56,486 nt of DNA, from positions 46,182,951 to 46,239,436 of the forward strand of contig JBOZIK010000001.1 in assembly GCA_051453625.1 (NCBI GenBank), read 5' to 3'. The notes under the pieces were generated by a model. It was not told the DNA's origin, searched no databases, and worked only from the letters and a program-made list of their open reading frames with translations. Below, one piece after another: positions 27,165 to 41,019 of this stretch (the stretch's first letter is position 1; every line of letters begins with the position of its first letter). The stretch is from Welwitschia mirabilis. Taxonomy: Eukaryota. Made by a program: the position numbers and the translations under genes.

Positions 27165-28926
27165 TGATAAAGCATAAGTTTTAAACAAAATGAGGTACTA
27201 ATGATTAATATTTTACATTACGTTTTAAACTTTAATACTACATTTAGAGGTATTTTTATACTTTTTGAGTGACAGGTACCTTGGACATACAATGGACTTA
27301 AAATAATGCATTATGTCTAGTTCAAGGATCTTCATGATGCATATAATTAGGAGATGAAGATTAAACGCCAAAATGTAGATCACAGATGACTACTTTGATG
27401 TCAAACCTCTAGAGATGATTCATAGTCCCTTTTCCATCACAATATATCATCCTCTTATTAACGTAATAATTCCAACTCATTTTCAAAATGGATGCATTAC
27501 TTTGGATAACATCAGATCCTTTTTTAGGACATCAATACTTTGAAAAATTACATTTAAATAGGTATGATCTATATATTTGTAGTCATTTTTGAGTCAAAAT
27601 TGATAGATTCATGTAATGTAAGCCTTAAAGAATAAAATTACATTACATTTCATTTTTGGATTTTTGGTAGTTGTATATGAAACTACTACTGGTAATGTAG
27701 TGCCAATTCCATGAGTAAAATAACATTGTAGCACCATGTAATAGTTTTGCCAAATTCAACATGAATTGCAATTGAATTTTTGGTGGTTTTAGCAATTCCT
27801 TAACTTGCAATTGATCTTAGAGTGCCTATAAAGACCCCCCTCAGTGTTGATATCATAATCATCTTGTTATTATACATTTATTATGCCTTTTTTTCCATTT
27901 TCAAGCTTTTGAAGGAGATTCTTCATCATTTCTTCTCATTTTTCTTCATTTCCAAGTTAACCTTATCTTTTTATCAACTTTAAAAACCTTCTACATTCCT
28001 CATTCTCATCCTTTTTTTGTCATTCGAAACAATTCTTAGCCTTCTAAACCCTTTCATAATCCATTTTACATTATTTTTTCTCCCATTTCCGTTCATGCTA
28101 AGGGCATTACAGGGGTAGTGAAGTGCACATGATTGGGTGGTGCAAGAGGAGGACAACACATCAAATCTTATAAGCAATTAGATGGAGGAATAATGAAAAG
28201 TATTGTGCATTCTTCTAAGATCAATAAGTGTTCCTTTCCTTATGTTTTTCATGCTTTCATTTATTGATTTATGCATGTTTCTCATGATTTTCTTTTAATG
28301 TAATTAGATATTTTATATCTTGTAGCATAAATAGTACTAATTAGATTGTAGAACAATTAGTACATTTTATGGAAATATGAGCGTTTTTGCATATTTGTTT
28401 ACTTTTTAACAAAAGAAATCATGTTTTTATTCTTCTTCTCTCTTATTTCCTTCATTCTATTCATTTTTTCTAGTACATCTCTCTTGATTTCACTTTTATT
28501 CTAAGTAATTAATGTTGAATTTCTATTTTCTCCTCTCTAATAGAAGTAGAATGATCTAAAAGTATGTTATTTATGCTTCTCTAAAATCAGATTTATTTTT
28601 TGTTGCAAGAATTATTCTCTCTTCTTTCTCCTTTCTCAAAATCAAAGTAGAATAGCTAATTTTAAATATTCTTTTGGTCATAATGTTTTCTCTGCAATTC
28701 TTATCGTTCTAAAATTTTATTAGTAGATTCCTCTCATCATTTAGAAATTTTCTTTCAAAAAGTATTAGAACCCAAATTTGGCCTTTAAAACCTATTTTTC
28801 GGCCATTTTCAATATTAGTTATTATTTTTCTTAGATAAATTTCTGATCTATTAATTTTTTTTTAATCTTGCAAAGTAATTTTCCTAATCATTTTTAATGA
28901 GTTTTTAGAAATTCAAGATTCAATCT
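27165..28926 (+). repeat. 5' part of the LTR of element E (copy 1, truncated by the duplication junction)
   Basis: Starts TGATAAAGCATAAG, with a TATA-like CCTATAAAG at about 27826. Colinear with 35852-37597. Confidence 0.55.
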
Positions 28927-30494
28927 TATTGACAGATGATGTTGATAAATAGGATAAAAGTGGAGACACATGGCAATGATAGTGGCCGGTAGCAATTAGA
29001 ACATGTAAGAGCTAAGTGTTGGCATCATTATAAAAATCTCTAATGAATGTAAAAGATGACAAACTACCCTACCTAATGCCATCATTATGTAAATGCTTAC
29101 CTAACACTATAAGCCAAAGGCTTGTAATCACCCCCCTTACTCTAATTTACTTAAAAAATGGCCTTGAGCCCTTTATTATAATATCTTTCATTTGGATAAA
29201 TTATAGAGTATTTGGAGTATCAGTCATGATGACCTTTTGAGCACCTCTTTCAGAAGTAAGCTTCATTTCAAGGAATGGCTGAAGAGTCCTTTTTTGCTTT
29301 CTTCATCTTTGATGTAATGTGCCTTATTTTTCTAACTTAATACTAAGGAACATTTTCTTTTCATTACTAGTTTTAATATATTTGGTTAACCAAGTGAATT
29401 TATTAAGTTAATTGATCTAAATATTACTAGTTTCATAGATCTTATGCACCATAAGTTTACACTTTCTATTTTATTACAAAACTAAGAAGGATCAATTACT
29501 TTTGACTTTACTAATACTCACATGATGAACGAGATTATATCATTATGATCTAAGCCTTTACACTTGATTGTCTAAAGTTTGTTTTAGGATAAGGTAATAT
29601 ATGGTTAAGTGAGACTTGCAAGGGATGAATTAGATGATCCTTTGGAGCTTGCTTACTTACCTTTTTTTTTACAAAGTTTTAAACATAATTCTAATATCCC
29701 TCTTTTCATTTTTTTATTTTTTATTATAACTTGTGTTAAAAAAATTTAGTGTAAAACTTTTGAACCACTATCCATGTTATCCCTATGAAAAGAATAATAC
29801 TAAGTACATACTAAGTTAAATTCAATCCATTGTAAAACATAATTAGCTAGCATTGAGGCTAGCTTAATGTTCTTTTTCAAGCTTGAGTTTTTTTTCATCA
29901 GTGTATTGCATAGTTTTCTTATGATAATAAAGTTACTAGATTTCATTACTTAATTTGAAGTTGTGCTTTCATTTATACTTTTAATATTGAAATGAATTTA
30001 CATTTGCTAAGTTAATTATATATTTGAGTAAATCCTCCTTGTTCATGTTTTAGTTTTGTAGTATAATTTTTTTTTTATAATTCTTAGTATATGTTTCCTA
30101 TTTTTCATACCTACAAATATGTTATAATGAACTAGAGTGAAAAGAGGATATTACCACTACTCATGTGGTAAATAATATAGTTTCATCATACTTCAAATCA
30201 CAAAGAACTTAATGAACTTAAAGTGGAAAACTTGCATTAAATCATTGAATAAAACATCTTTATTTGTTAAAACTTCATGTTATTTTTTAAGTGCTATGTC
30301 CATTTCCATACTCCCATGTATTAAACTTCCATTTTCCTTCAATCCTTAAATTGAGGTCTTTCTTAAATCATTTGTTACAGTAGCAATGCATAGTTTTACT
30401 ATTTTCAAACAATTACGTCTATGAAGAGAATGACATTGGGTCCTCTCTAAAATGAAAGACCTATTTTTTATTTGTTAAAGTTGATCACAAATAA
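28927..30494 (+). repeat. Duplicated distal B 3' LTR (to 29845) and distal C 5' LTR
   Basis: Colinear with 19506-21082, including the GCTAG TSD half at 29846-29850. Confidence 0.85.
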
Positions 30495-31684
30495 TATTTT
30501 GGCACTGTTGTCAGTGATAATAGCATAATAGATTTATGATGGAGCATGCATTTTTTTTCTTACATCTTAAATTTTAGTGTTTCATTTTCTGCATTTTTCA
30601 ATGGTTGGTACTAGTCATGTTTTAGTGATCCTTAAATTGGTTTTAACTTTCATTTAGATTTATACAATTCTTTTATTCTCTAATGATGGATAGTTATCAA
30701 TTTGCCATGATACCTAAACTAGTCTTGAGTTTTGATCCTTTAGGTTTTATTAGAACGTTTTAACTTTAATGTAAAATATCATTATTATATCTATACTTTA
30801 TGTGTAGGATTAACTAGTTTTTATATAATTTTCCTACTTGGTTTCTCATGAACTAAAGACAAAGCAACAAACACTCAGAAAAAAAGCAAATCAAAAAAAA
30901 AAAAGGAAAATAGGCAAGCACCATCTTCACTTTTCTTTACTATATTTAAATATAGTAGATTTTGTTTTTTGTTCTAAATATGTGTAGATTTAGATTTCTA
31001 GCTTCTATTTTAATTTTCTATAGCATCATTTTTTTAAGGTTTCATTTCATTTCATTTCTATACCATTTTAGTTTCTGTTATTTATTTTTAATTTTTTATT
31101 ATGAAAATCACTTTGCAATAAGCTAAATATAATTTACCTCTTTTCCCAAACGTCTTTTGTCAAAACAAGTAGTACTGCTACCTGATATTACTAGTGCCAC
31201 CAGCCTTTTTATGAAATCTACCTTTAAACTTTACATAAACCCTCTTTTGAATCCTATAAACATTTTCTAGTCTTGAGCCTCTACTAAAGCCTCACATATT
31301 TGCATGCTTTAAAAGCACAACACCATTGGAGATTAATTAAAATCCTATCTAGATCAAACATGGATCTCAATAATAGTGAATAAGATTCTTCTTTAGAAAA
31401 CATTCAAAAGAAGGATCTCAAGGATAATAACAAATCAATAAAAATGAATAATCTGCCTTATGGAACTCTTAAATTGATAACTTATCTCTCTTCTTCCCTT
31501 AGTATTTCTAACAGTTTTTATTCTGTTTTTCAAAACAGCCATCATCCTAAAATATGAGCTATCTTTTTTTATTGAATCAATTAAACTTCTTTAATAACAC
31601 TGTTCCAAGATAAAATTTTAAGGATTATCTTTAATTACAATATCTAAGTACATATCCATGTATAATACAACCTCTATTAGCATG

Positions 31685-33640
31685 GAAATTAGATTCTAAA
31701 TCATCTATCATTCAATGTCTCCTACACTTTCATGGCCTTGAATCCAAAGATTCATACTTACATCTAAAAGAATTTAAATGTATGCTATTACTTATGCTTT
31801 AATTCACTAATGTAGAAAATGCAATTAGATTGATCATATTTACTTTATCTTTAAAGAAAAAAGCCAAATCCTAGTTGTACATCTTAAAATCTATTTTTAT
31901 TATGACTTGGACCAATTAAATAAATCCTTCATTACCAAACTCATTTATACTCATTAACTAATTTAATTAAAATATATATAATGGAATTTTAATAGAAAGA
32001 TCATAAAACCTTCTCATAAACCTTAGAAATATTTAAGAACCTACTTTTAAAGTATGCATCACATGGTTTTGACCTAGGGAGAGTAATTAATTTATTTTAT
32101 AAAGATCTATCATCAAATAATATACAATTAGTAGAAATGATAAGTAGGAGTAATTTCTTTAACCTTAAATAAATGAAATATAGATTACTTAGAATAAATT
32201 ACTAAAATTTTGAATAATTGAAAAGAAGCCAACGAATTCTCTAGATCCCACCATGGGATTAAGTCCACTAGGATCTTTATGGTTATATAAAACCTTGATG
32301 TTAATAACTAAATTGATAAATTTTCTAGAAAACTTAAATTCCTTACCTCATAACCCAAATTTATAGCTCCTAAACTTGAATGCTTGATTTCCCACATTGA
32401 CATCCATAAAACTTCTAAATGTCCCTTGATTCCTATCCTTTAAAACTCTACCAATTAATAAGTTAACACAGTAAGATAATACTAGTAGAACCATAAAAAT
32501 GATTCATATTTAAATTCTTAAAACCTTGGGTGGAGGAATGACCAAAATTTCTCATAACCAAAACCAAGATTTAATTATCCAACCTTGGAACTCATTTTGT
32601 TCATCTTATGTTTCTTACCCTTTACCTTCAAATCAATATCATTCATCATCAAACCACCATCCCTCGTCATCAAATACTTTAAAAAAGACACTAAATAAAT
32701 CCATGAAGTCACAAACCCAAATGAACCTTGACCAATAATAGATTAATATGTAAAACTATTCTATCTTACACAAACTTGAATAAAAAATTTAATAACTTAA
32801 TCAAACTACCATCTATATCATTTCTTCCCTTAACCATTGAGAACAAGTAAATTTTCTATAAGCCTTCAACCAAATGATAAAATCATTAAAATTATAGAAG
32901 AATTAAAAACTAGCTATATTAAGAAAAGTAAGGCTAAACACCTTAGGAGTCTAAAAGAACTAAACTAATAATTAGAATAAGACCAATAGATAAGGGAACT
33001 ACACCTATAAAAACCAATTAAGAAAACAAATTTGTAGATAAATGAAAAAGTTCATACCTACTTACAAAGAATCTTTATAATTTCCATAACATTCCCCTCT
33101 TAGAACATGTACCTTATTATGCTAAATTTCTTAAAGATATATATACACTATAAAGAGGTAAACGAATGTTAAAAGAAAGATTTTTCTAGTTCAATAGGTC
33201 ATCATCGTAATCTACAAACAAATTCTACCTAACTAGAATGACCCTGGATAACCCATTATAGCCATCACAATTAGAGATAGACATCTTAAATAATCCTTAT
33301 TAGATTTAGGAGATAGTGTCAACTTACTTCCCTATGACACATACAAAGATCTAAGTTTGAAAGAACTTAGAAATGCCAAACTCCAATTAAAACTCACTAA
33401 TAATTCCCTAAAAATAACATTAGGAGTAATCAAGGATGTCATTGTTAAGATGGATAGTTATTATTTCCTTAAGAACTTTATAGTTCTAGATATGAAAAAC
33501 ATAGTTAATAACTTAGTGTCCATTATTTTAGGAATACCTATCCTTATAACTTCTAATGCTATGATTAACTATAGGAATAATCTCAGGAATACTTACTTTA
33601 GCAACATGTGAATTAAATGTTTTTTAATGTCATTAAATTA
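31685..33640 (+). pseudogene. gag: Degenerate gag + protease of C (copy 2)
   Basis: Same motifs as copy 1. ORF 33357-33611 (LGVIKDVIVKMDSYYFLKNFIVLDM...IILGIPILITSNAMIN) is the C-terminal part of the protease. Confidence 0.8.
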
Positions 33641-33739
33641 CCTCTCAGTGATGATAAAATCTAATATGTGGATGGGATAGAAGATATCCTCCTTTAATAA
33701 TAACTTTCCACTCCTACACTTGTATCTGTCATTAATGTA

Positions 33740-35851
33740 TGATAATTCACAAGATCATCTTAGGGATACAAATCTTACATGGCCAAAAATAACTTTTACC
33801 AAAAGTACTAGGACTTTTATTTGTAGTATAGTCCTAGTGTCATTCTTCCTTGGAGATAGATAACAAAAGCTATTAGTAAAACAAGCATAAAAATAAAAGG
33901 TAGTAGAGATTAAAATTTAAAGAGCTAGGAATGAGACATAGCATTCAAACTAACATAAAAACTTCAAGGAAAAGCATAATTACTTATAATGAAAATATAT
34001 AACTTTACTTTTAACTCATTCATAATTATATAATACACTATGACCATGAGTATTTCATTAGTTTAAGCTAAAGAACAATGGCATTACCTCATCCATCATA
34101 GACATGAGGGTGATATATCCAAGCCACATAGCCTTCACAGTAAGAATAAAATAAGCATGAAAAGTAGGAATCTCCTAATATGGATCAAATAAACATTTAG
34201 ATTATGCAAGCCAAAATGAAAAGAAAAATGACTAGACTAGATCTTAAAGTAAAAGCATGATTAACCAATCCTAAGTTTATGACATTCACAAGTTGATATC
34301 AAAGTAATGCATCAAGAACATTTAGTAATTTATTATTAGAATAAGTAAAGCATACAATCAAAAAATATACTCATGCTAAATCAAGAAGCACATGCTAGCT
34401 TCGTAGCTAGTTCATTCCTATGGGAGGCTTAGAAAGAGCTCATGACTAAATTTTCAATCTCTTGAAATACCACAATGAAGTTACTTCCTTCAAATGAAAT
34501 GAGAAAAGGTATTTATAGATCTAAATTAGGGTTTTTACTTAAGGTTTCTAAGGCCTAATGGAATTATTCTAAATAATTCTCAAGACTACATAAAATAATT
34601 ATTTAGCCATGAGGCCAAATTAAGGGGTTCTTCTTAGAAAAGATTTTGCATGTATCTTCTCTTTGTAGAAATTATGCAAATGAATTATGTACATCACGAG
34701 GACTTAAGAAGATAAGTATGGTACTATTTTACTTTAAGAAACTAACATCACTGTGCCTGTGACTAGCGTCATCGTTAAGTATGCCCCACATAGCTTAATC
34801 TCCTATCATGATTATCCTGATGCTACATTTAACTTGCAAAATGATAGTGTTTAGACATATTAGTAGTGAAACAAGATATTCATGGCATTAAGTGAAGGAA
34901 ATGCATGAAACCACCATGATGATTAATTAACTCACTGATAATGCCTTAATTTCTTGATATAAATGTCAATTTTTAAGTGTTATCATATCCCCCTCAAACT
35001 TATGCTAGTTCCTTAGGCAAAACATGTGTCAAAAACTTAGAAAATATGTCAAAAATTATAAGTCAATTCAATCAAGGATGAGAAGATAAAGGATGCTATA
35101 GAACAGATTTGGCTAATGTGCTTTAAATTTACATTTTAAGTAAAAGATAAGGCATGAAGAGTAATTACTTTAAGTGAAAATGTTAATCCCACCAACCAAA
35201 GCTAAACTTTATTCTTAAAGTTTTTAAAATGAAAATTTTGAATCTTAACACAATGAGGAATGAAAGGCACATGTGCTAATATGGTCTAAAATTAGTTGGA
35301 AAAAGGAAACTAGAAAAAATATGTAATGCATGACTAAACTAAGAAAAATAAGTGCAAACTACTGCAAATGAAATATTAAAGGGAAAAAAACTTTAGTTAT
35401 AATATCTTAAAGTTCTAAATCTAAAATATATGGTTGTAATAGTTTAGAAATAACTCAAATAAGATCAAAAAATGAGGGGTTAATGTGATGATTTTAAAAT
35501 GAAAATGTGAAAGATGAATTTGAATTAGTTTGTTTCTATAACTTTCTAACAAATAATTAAGTTTTAAAAATACAAAAAATATAATCAAGAGCATCTATGA
35601 AAAAGGAGAATTTTTTTTGCACAGAATAGGGTGGAATGTTGATTATGGATGTCAATAGTACTAGCTTTGTTAAAAGTTAGACATCAATTCTTACATTTTA
35701 GATCATAACATTCGAATTAAGATCTTTAAAGTTACATGATAGTTTAGAATAAAATCCAATTTTTTAAAAATAAAGCTTGATATTAATTTTCTATTAAACT
35801 CAAAAACATTACAATAAAGTAAGATGCAAGTGTAATGCATCTATTAAGAAG
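33740..35851 (-). mobile_element. Element D copy 2: 3' LTR 33740-34985, PPT, 3' internal region
   Basis: Colinear with 24347-27164. Confidence 0.75.
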
Positions 35852-38800
35852 TGATAAAGCCTAAGTTTTAAACAAAATGAGGTAGTAATGGTTAATATTT
35901 TACATTACTTTTTAAACTTTAATACTGCATTTAGAGGTATGTAACAGGTACCTTGGACATATAATGAACTTAAAATAATGCATTATGATCTAGTTCAAGG
36001 CTCTTCATGATGCATATAATTGGAAGATCAAGATTGAAGGCCAAAATGCAGGTCACAAATGACTACTTTAATGCCAAACCTCTAGAGATGGTTCATTGTC
36101 CCTTTTCCATTACCATATATCATCCTCTTATTAATGTAATAATTCCAACTCATTTTCAAAGTGGATGCATTACTTTGGATAACATCAGATCCATTTAAGA
36201 CATTAATACTTTGAAAAATTACATTTAAATAGGAATAATCTATATATTTATAGTCATTTTTTAGTCAAAATTTATAAATTCATGTAATGTAAGCCTTAAA
36301 GAATAAAATTGCATTACGTTTCATTTTTGGATTTTTCGTAGTTATGTATGAAATTACTACTGGCATTGTAGTGCCAATTCCATGAGTAAAATAACATTGT
36401 AGCATCATTTGATAGTTTTTCCAAATTCAACATGAATTACATTTGAATTCTTGGTGGTTTTAGCAATTCCTTAACTTGCAATTAATCTTAGAGTGCCTAT
36501 AAAGATCCCCCTTAGTGTTGATACCATAATCATCTTGTTATTATACCATTATTATTCCTTTTTTACCATTTTCAAGCTTTTGAAGGAGATTCTTCATCAT
36601 TTCTTCTCATTTTCCTTCATTTCCAAGTTGACCTTATCTTTGTATCAACTTTAAAGACCTTCTACATTCCTCATTCTCATCCTTTTTTCTCATTCAAAAC
36701 AATTCTCAGCCTTCTAAACCCTTTTATAATCCATTTTACATTATTTTTTCTCCCATTTCCGTTCATGCTAAGGACATTACAGGGGTGGTGAAGTGCACAT
36801 GATTAAGTGGTGCAAGAGGAGGACAACACATCAAATCTTATAAGCAATTAGATGAAGGAATAATGAAAAGTGTTGTGCATTCTTCTGAGATCAATAAGTG
36901 TTTCTTTCCTTATGTTTTTCATGCTTTCATTTATTGATTTATGCATGTTTCTCATGATTTTCTTTTAATGTAATTAGATATTTTATAGCTTGTAGCATAA
37001 ATAGTACTAATTAGATTGTAGAACAATTAGTACATTTTATGGAAATATGAGCATTTTTGCATATTTGGTTACTTTTTAACAAAAGAAATCCTGTTTTTTA
37101 TTCTTATTCTCTCTTATTTCCTTCATTCTATTCATTTTTCTAGTACATCTCTCTTGATTTCACTTTTCTTCTAAGTAATTGATGTTGAATTTCTATTTTC
37201 TCCTCTCTAGTAGAAGTAGAATGGTCTAAAATTATGTCATTTATGCTTCTCTAAAATCATATTTATTCTTTATTTCAAGAATTCTTCTCTCTTCTTTCTC
37301 TTTTCTCAAAATCAAAGTAGAATAGTTAATTTTAAATATTCTTTTGGCCATAACGCTTTCTTTGCAATTCTTATGATTCTAAAATTTTGTCAGTAGATTC
37401 CTCTCATCATTTAGAAATTTTCTTTCAAAGAGTATTAGAACCCAAATTTCTCGTTTAAAACCTCTTTTTTGGCCATTTTTAATATTAGTTGTTATTTTTC
37501 TTGGATAAATTTCTGATCTATCAATTTCTTTTTTTGATCTTGCAAAGTAATTTTCCTAATCATTTTAATGAGTTTTTAGAAATTCAGGATTTAACCTTAT
37601 CAAATGTTTTGAATAATTTTAGAATATGAAATCCTTTTTTTTTCAAGTCTTATAGTTTTCTTAATATTCTTAGTCAAATTAGGTTTAACTATAATTTCTT
37701 GTAGTTTTTCTAGATGAACTACTTTTTATCTATTGTAATCAATTCTAGTTAATCTTGAATATTTAGTTTTAGAAACTTATTTTATAGTATATTTTGGATA
37801 TTTTGAGCATTCTGAAATTTTCTATGTATATTTCTCTAAATTTTATCTCTCTCTTTTCTCTCTTTTCTTCATTTCTTCTTATTTTATTGGTCATAACAAC
37901 TTGAGATTAACTAGGACTACTTTGATTTAATGAACATTCTTATGCTAGTTTTTATTAATTTTCTTTTGATTTAAACCATGATTTTAATGTTTCAATGGTT
38001 TTATAATTTATTTTGTACTTAAGAGTTATTTTTCAAGTCATATATGTTGCAATTGAGTAAAAAGTTTATTTTTTTCAAATGGTTTGCCTAGTTAATTTGA
38101 AAAATCTAGATTTAAAGGTGTTATATTCTAATTCTAAATTCATGTACATTTTATTTATAACGGATTATGATGGTTTACTTATCTAATTACATCCATTTAA
38201 TATGAATCAAAGAAGTCAACATTTTAAGAAAACTTATTTTTACATATGAAACTGACCTAGGCAAACTTGAATGTTTAAAAACCTTTGTTAATTCATGTGA
38301 ATTATAAATGATCTTTAGAATCTTTTGAGTGTTCATAAAAGATTACTTCTTCTTATTTTCTTGTATTTTCACTTTTACAACTTGTGAAATTATTCTTTTA
38401 TACATATAATTTTTCTTAATTATTTTATGCCATGGTATTAAATGAGTTGTCTGTCACTTAATAGAAATAGTTCTTTTATCATATGAAGTGATAATCTGTT
38501 AAGGCAATTGTAATATTTCTATATGAATTTATGTTAAGTGTTTTCTTGGTTCAATAGTTGTGTGCTTCCACTATATTTGCAATTCGACTTAGGAGAATTC
38601 TTTATGACATAATTTGAACTTCTTATACTTAGTTTTATTTTCCTAGTTGAGTTATCATTTTAAGTATAGATTTATTTTTGTAAAGCCTTAGAGTGTGGTG
38701 GTATTATTTTAAAAATTGAGTTTTTAATTCATTTAAAATTAGTATCATTATTGAGGAATACTTATTATTATTATGTGAAATATTATACTTTTCTTTGTGA

Positions 38801-40003
38801 ATTTACATACACTAATGAAATTTAATTGTTTTTAGGTGCTTTTAATATTACAATTGCAGTCACAATCTTATAAGCGTTACATTATTCCATCAAGACTTCT
38901 AGTTGCACATGTTCTAGCTCTTATTACTTTTTTGTGCATCTCTTTTTCTTCTTTCTTTTTATGCTATGCATTCATCAATAGAAATTAGATTCATACTAGT
39001 AAATGTTTGCATAATTCTAAACTATTCATAATTCATCTCCACCTTTGATTTCATCTCCAATTAAATTTGAGACTTTTGATTTCATGCTTCTAAATCTCAA
39101 CATACTCTTGGTCAGATTTTTGAAGTTCATCAAACCAATTCTTATTTATTTTACTCATGATGCTTTAATATCTATTAAAAATTTAAGTATTTTCCAACTT
39201 TTTATGGTTTAGATTATGAGGATCCTTATGATTTTCTTGAATAATTTTACATAGTTTATAAGATTGATCCTTAAGCTTATTTTGATGAAGCCAAATTAGT
39301 CACTCTTCCTCTTCTCTAGAAAGATAGAGTAAGACATTGATTTAGATTGATTAATCATAATCAAAATCTATTAAATCTTGGAAAATTTAAAGAATCTTTT
39401 ATTAAGAAATTTCTTCCTACTACTCATATTAATCAAATGAAAAAGATTACTAGTAGCTTCAAGTAATCTTTGACTGAGTTTTATTCTAAAACTTTCAAGA
39501 AATTTTAACTAAAGATCCTAATCATTGTTTGAAGTTTGGCAATTAGTTAAATCTATCCTAGAAGGTCTTAATAAAGAAACTAGAAAATTAGTAGAAATAT
39601 AAACTACTTAAGATTTATTAAATACTACACCTAATAAAGCATGGAAAATTTAGAAGATATAATAGAAGTTACTCAAAATGGGAAAAAGTTGATAATGATC
39701 ATGTAAGAAGTAAATTTAGCTTGAATTAATTTTTTATATAATGATAAATCTCATGATGAATTAGTTAAAAAAATAAAAGTTCTAAAAATCTTAAATTAAA
39801 ACAAGAAAAATTTAAGAAAATTTCAACCCAACTTCTTCAAGTTCATCTTTTTGTAAGTTGTTTCAAGTAGAGAGTCATTTAATTAAATTTTGTAACAACT
39901 TTAAGGTAGCTTAAAATGCTTTACATCATAATCACCTTTCTAAAGCTTATGCCTTTAGTTAAAATTATCATGCTTCTACACCATTCAATACGTATCTAAC
40001 AAT
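35852..40003 (+). mobile_element. Athila-like Gypsy element E: long 5' LTR (about 35852-38731), PBS, start of gag; interrupted by F
   Basis: TGATAAAGC start. Degenerate PBS TAGTATCATTATTGAGGA at 38740-38757 (9 mismatches, all C>T/G>A). Gag motif FPTFYGLDYEDPYDFL at about 39192. Confidence 0.65.
39100..40003 (+). pseudogene. gag: Degenerate gag N-terminal half of E
   Basis: PTFYGLDYEDPYDFL, LVTLPLL*KDRVRH*F, FIKKFLPT, TPNKAWK. Confidence 0.7.
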
Positions 40004-40943
40004 TGATTATGTGGTGAAATAAATGCAAAAAATATTACAAAATAATAGAAAACAGTGATAAAAAATGCAAAAACTATACTATTATTAAACCTACAATAAG
40101 CTCATATTATTAAATAAAAATAATCAAAGGCTTACTAAAGAACTAGTGGAGATTTAACAATTTAGTTCAAAATGCATCATCATGATAATATCATAATGAA
40201 GTTGCTTGAACTAGTCAAGGATTTATTACTGCTAAGTTGTTATATACATATATTACAATAGGGAAAAATTAAGAAAGCAGTAAAACATGATAGAAATTAG
40301 ATGAGACACTAAACAATACTTATTTCTAAGTACTATTAATTATCTTGGTTTATGTTCAGTTTCACAAACAATAATAAATAGAAATAGTATTACTTTTTCA
40401 AGTAATAGAACATGCATAAAATGATATTTAAATAATTCTTTGCAGCTTAATATTAAAATACTAATTGTTACCTAAATATGCACTAAGGCTTGTGTTTTCC
40501 TTTATAGGTAACACTTTAGAGTACAAGAGATGCTACTATGCCCTTTGCAAGATAGTTGGAGCTCCCCTTCTTGACCTTCTTATGGAGTCTATTCCTAGAT
40601 CTTTTTGCTAAAAAGATCCTTAACTTTGATGGGTATCTCTTTCTCATACCCTCATCTATTTTCTATTTACTTTCTTTTCTCCTTAGAGATAGGTTTATAG
40701 TTGAGGTTGTTATTTCTTTTCCACTACCTCATCCTTCTCTCTCGTCTTCATGCCAAATGGAATTCTGTATTTATAATTTAATAATAAAAACATATATACT
40801 AAGCTTCTAGTATACTAAGTAACTAACTTATTAATTAGTAAGTATATTCATAAAGAAAAACATCTATTATTATCTAAAATGCATAATTATAAAAATAAAA
40901 ACATTTTATTACTAAGTAAAGTTTACATCAAAATTAATCATCA
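40004..40943 (-). repeat. 3' LTR of F
   Basis: Distal end defined by homology to 1-537. Proximal end is next to the PPT-like region. Confidence 0.75.
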
Positions 40944-41019
40944 TTAATTTACCTAAGCTTAATGTTTTGTTAGTTCCTTAATAGGAGAAAAAAAGTATAT
41001 AAAAAGGAGAGAGACTCAT

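Larger units (their letters stand above)
19506..37597 (+). repeat. Tandem segmental duplication, ~8.7 kb unit (copy 1 19506-28926 including 710 N; copy 2 28927-37597)
   Basis: Continuous colinearity, roughly 90-95% identity by eye. The junction TATTGACAGATGATG at 28927 matches TATCGACAGATGATG at 19506 and CCTTATC at 37595-37601. Confidence 0.92.

Noticed and set aside
24347-34985. Apparent intact element bounded by two D LTRs
   Set aside because: Both LTRs have the same flanks and a PPT on the same side, with no PBS or TSD. The pairing results from the tandem duplication.
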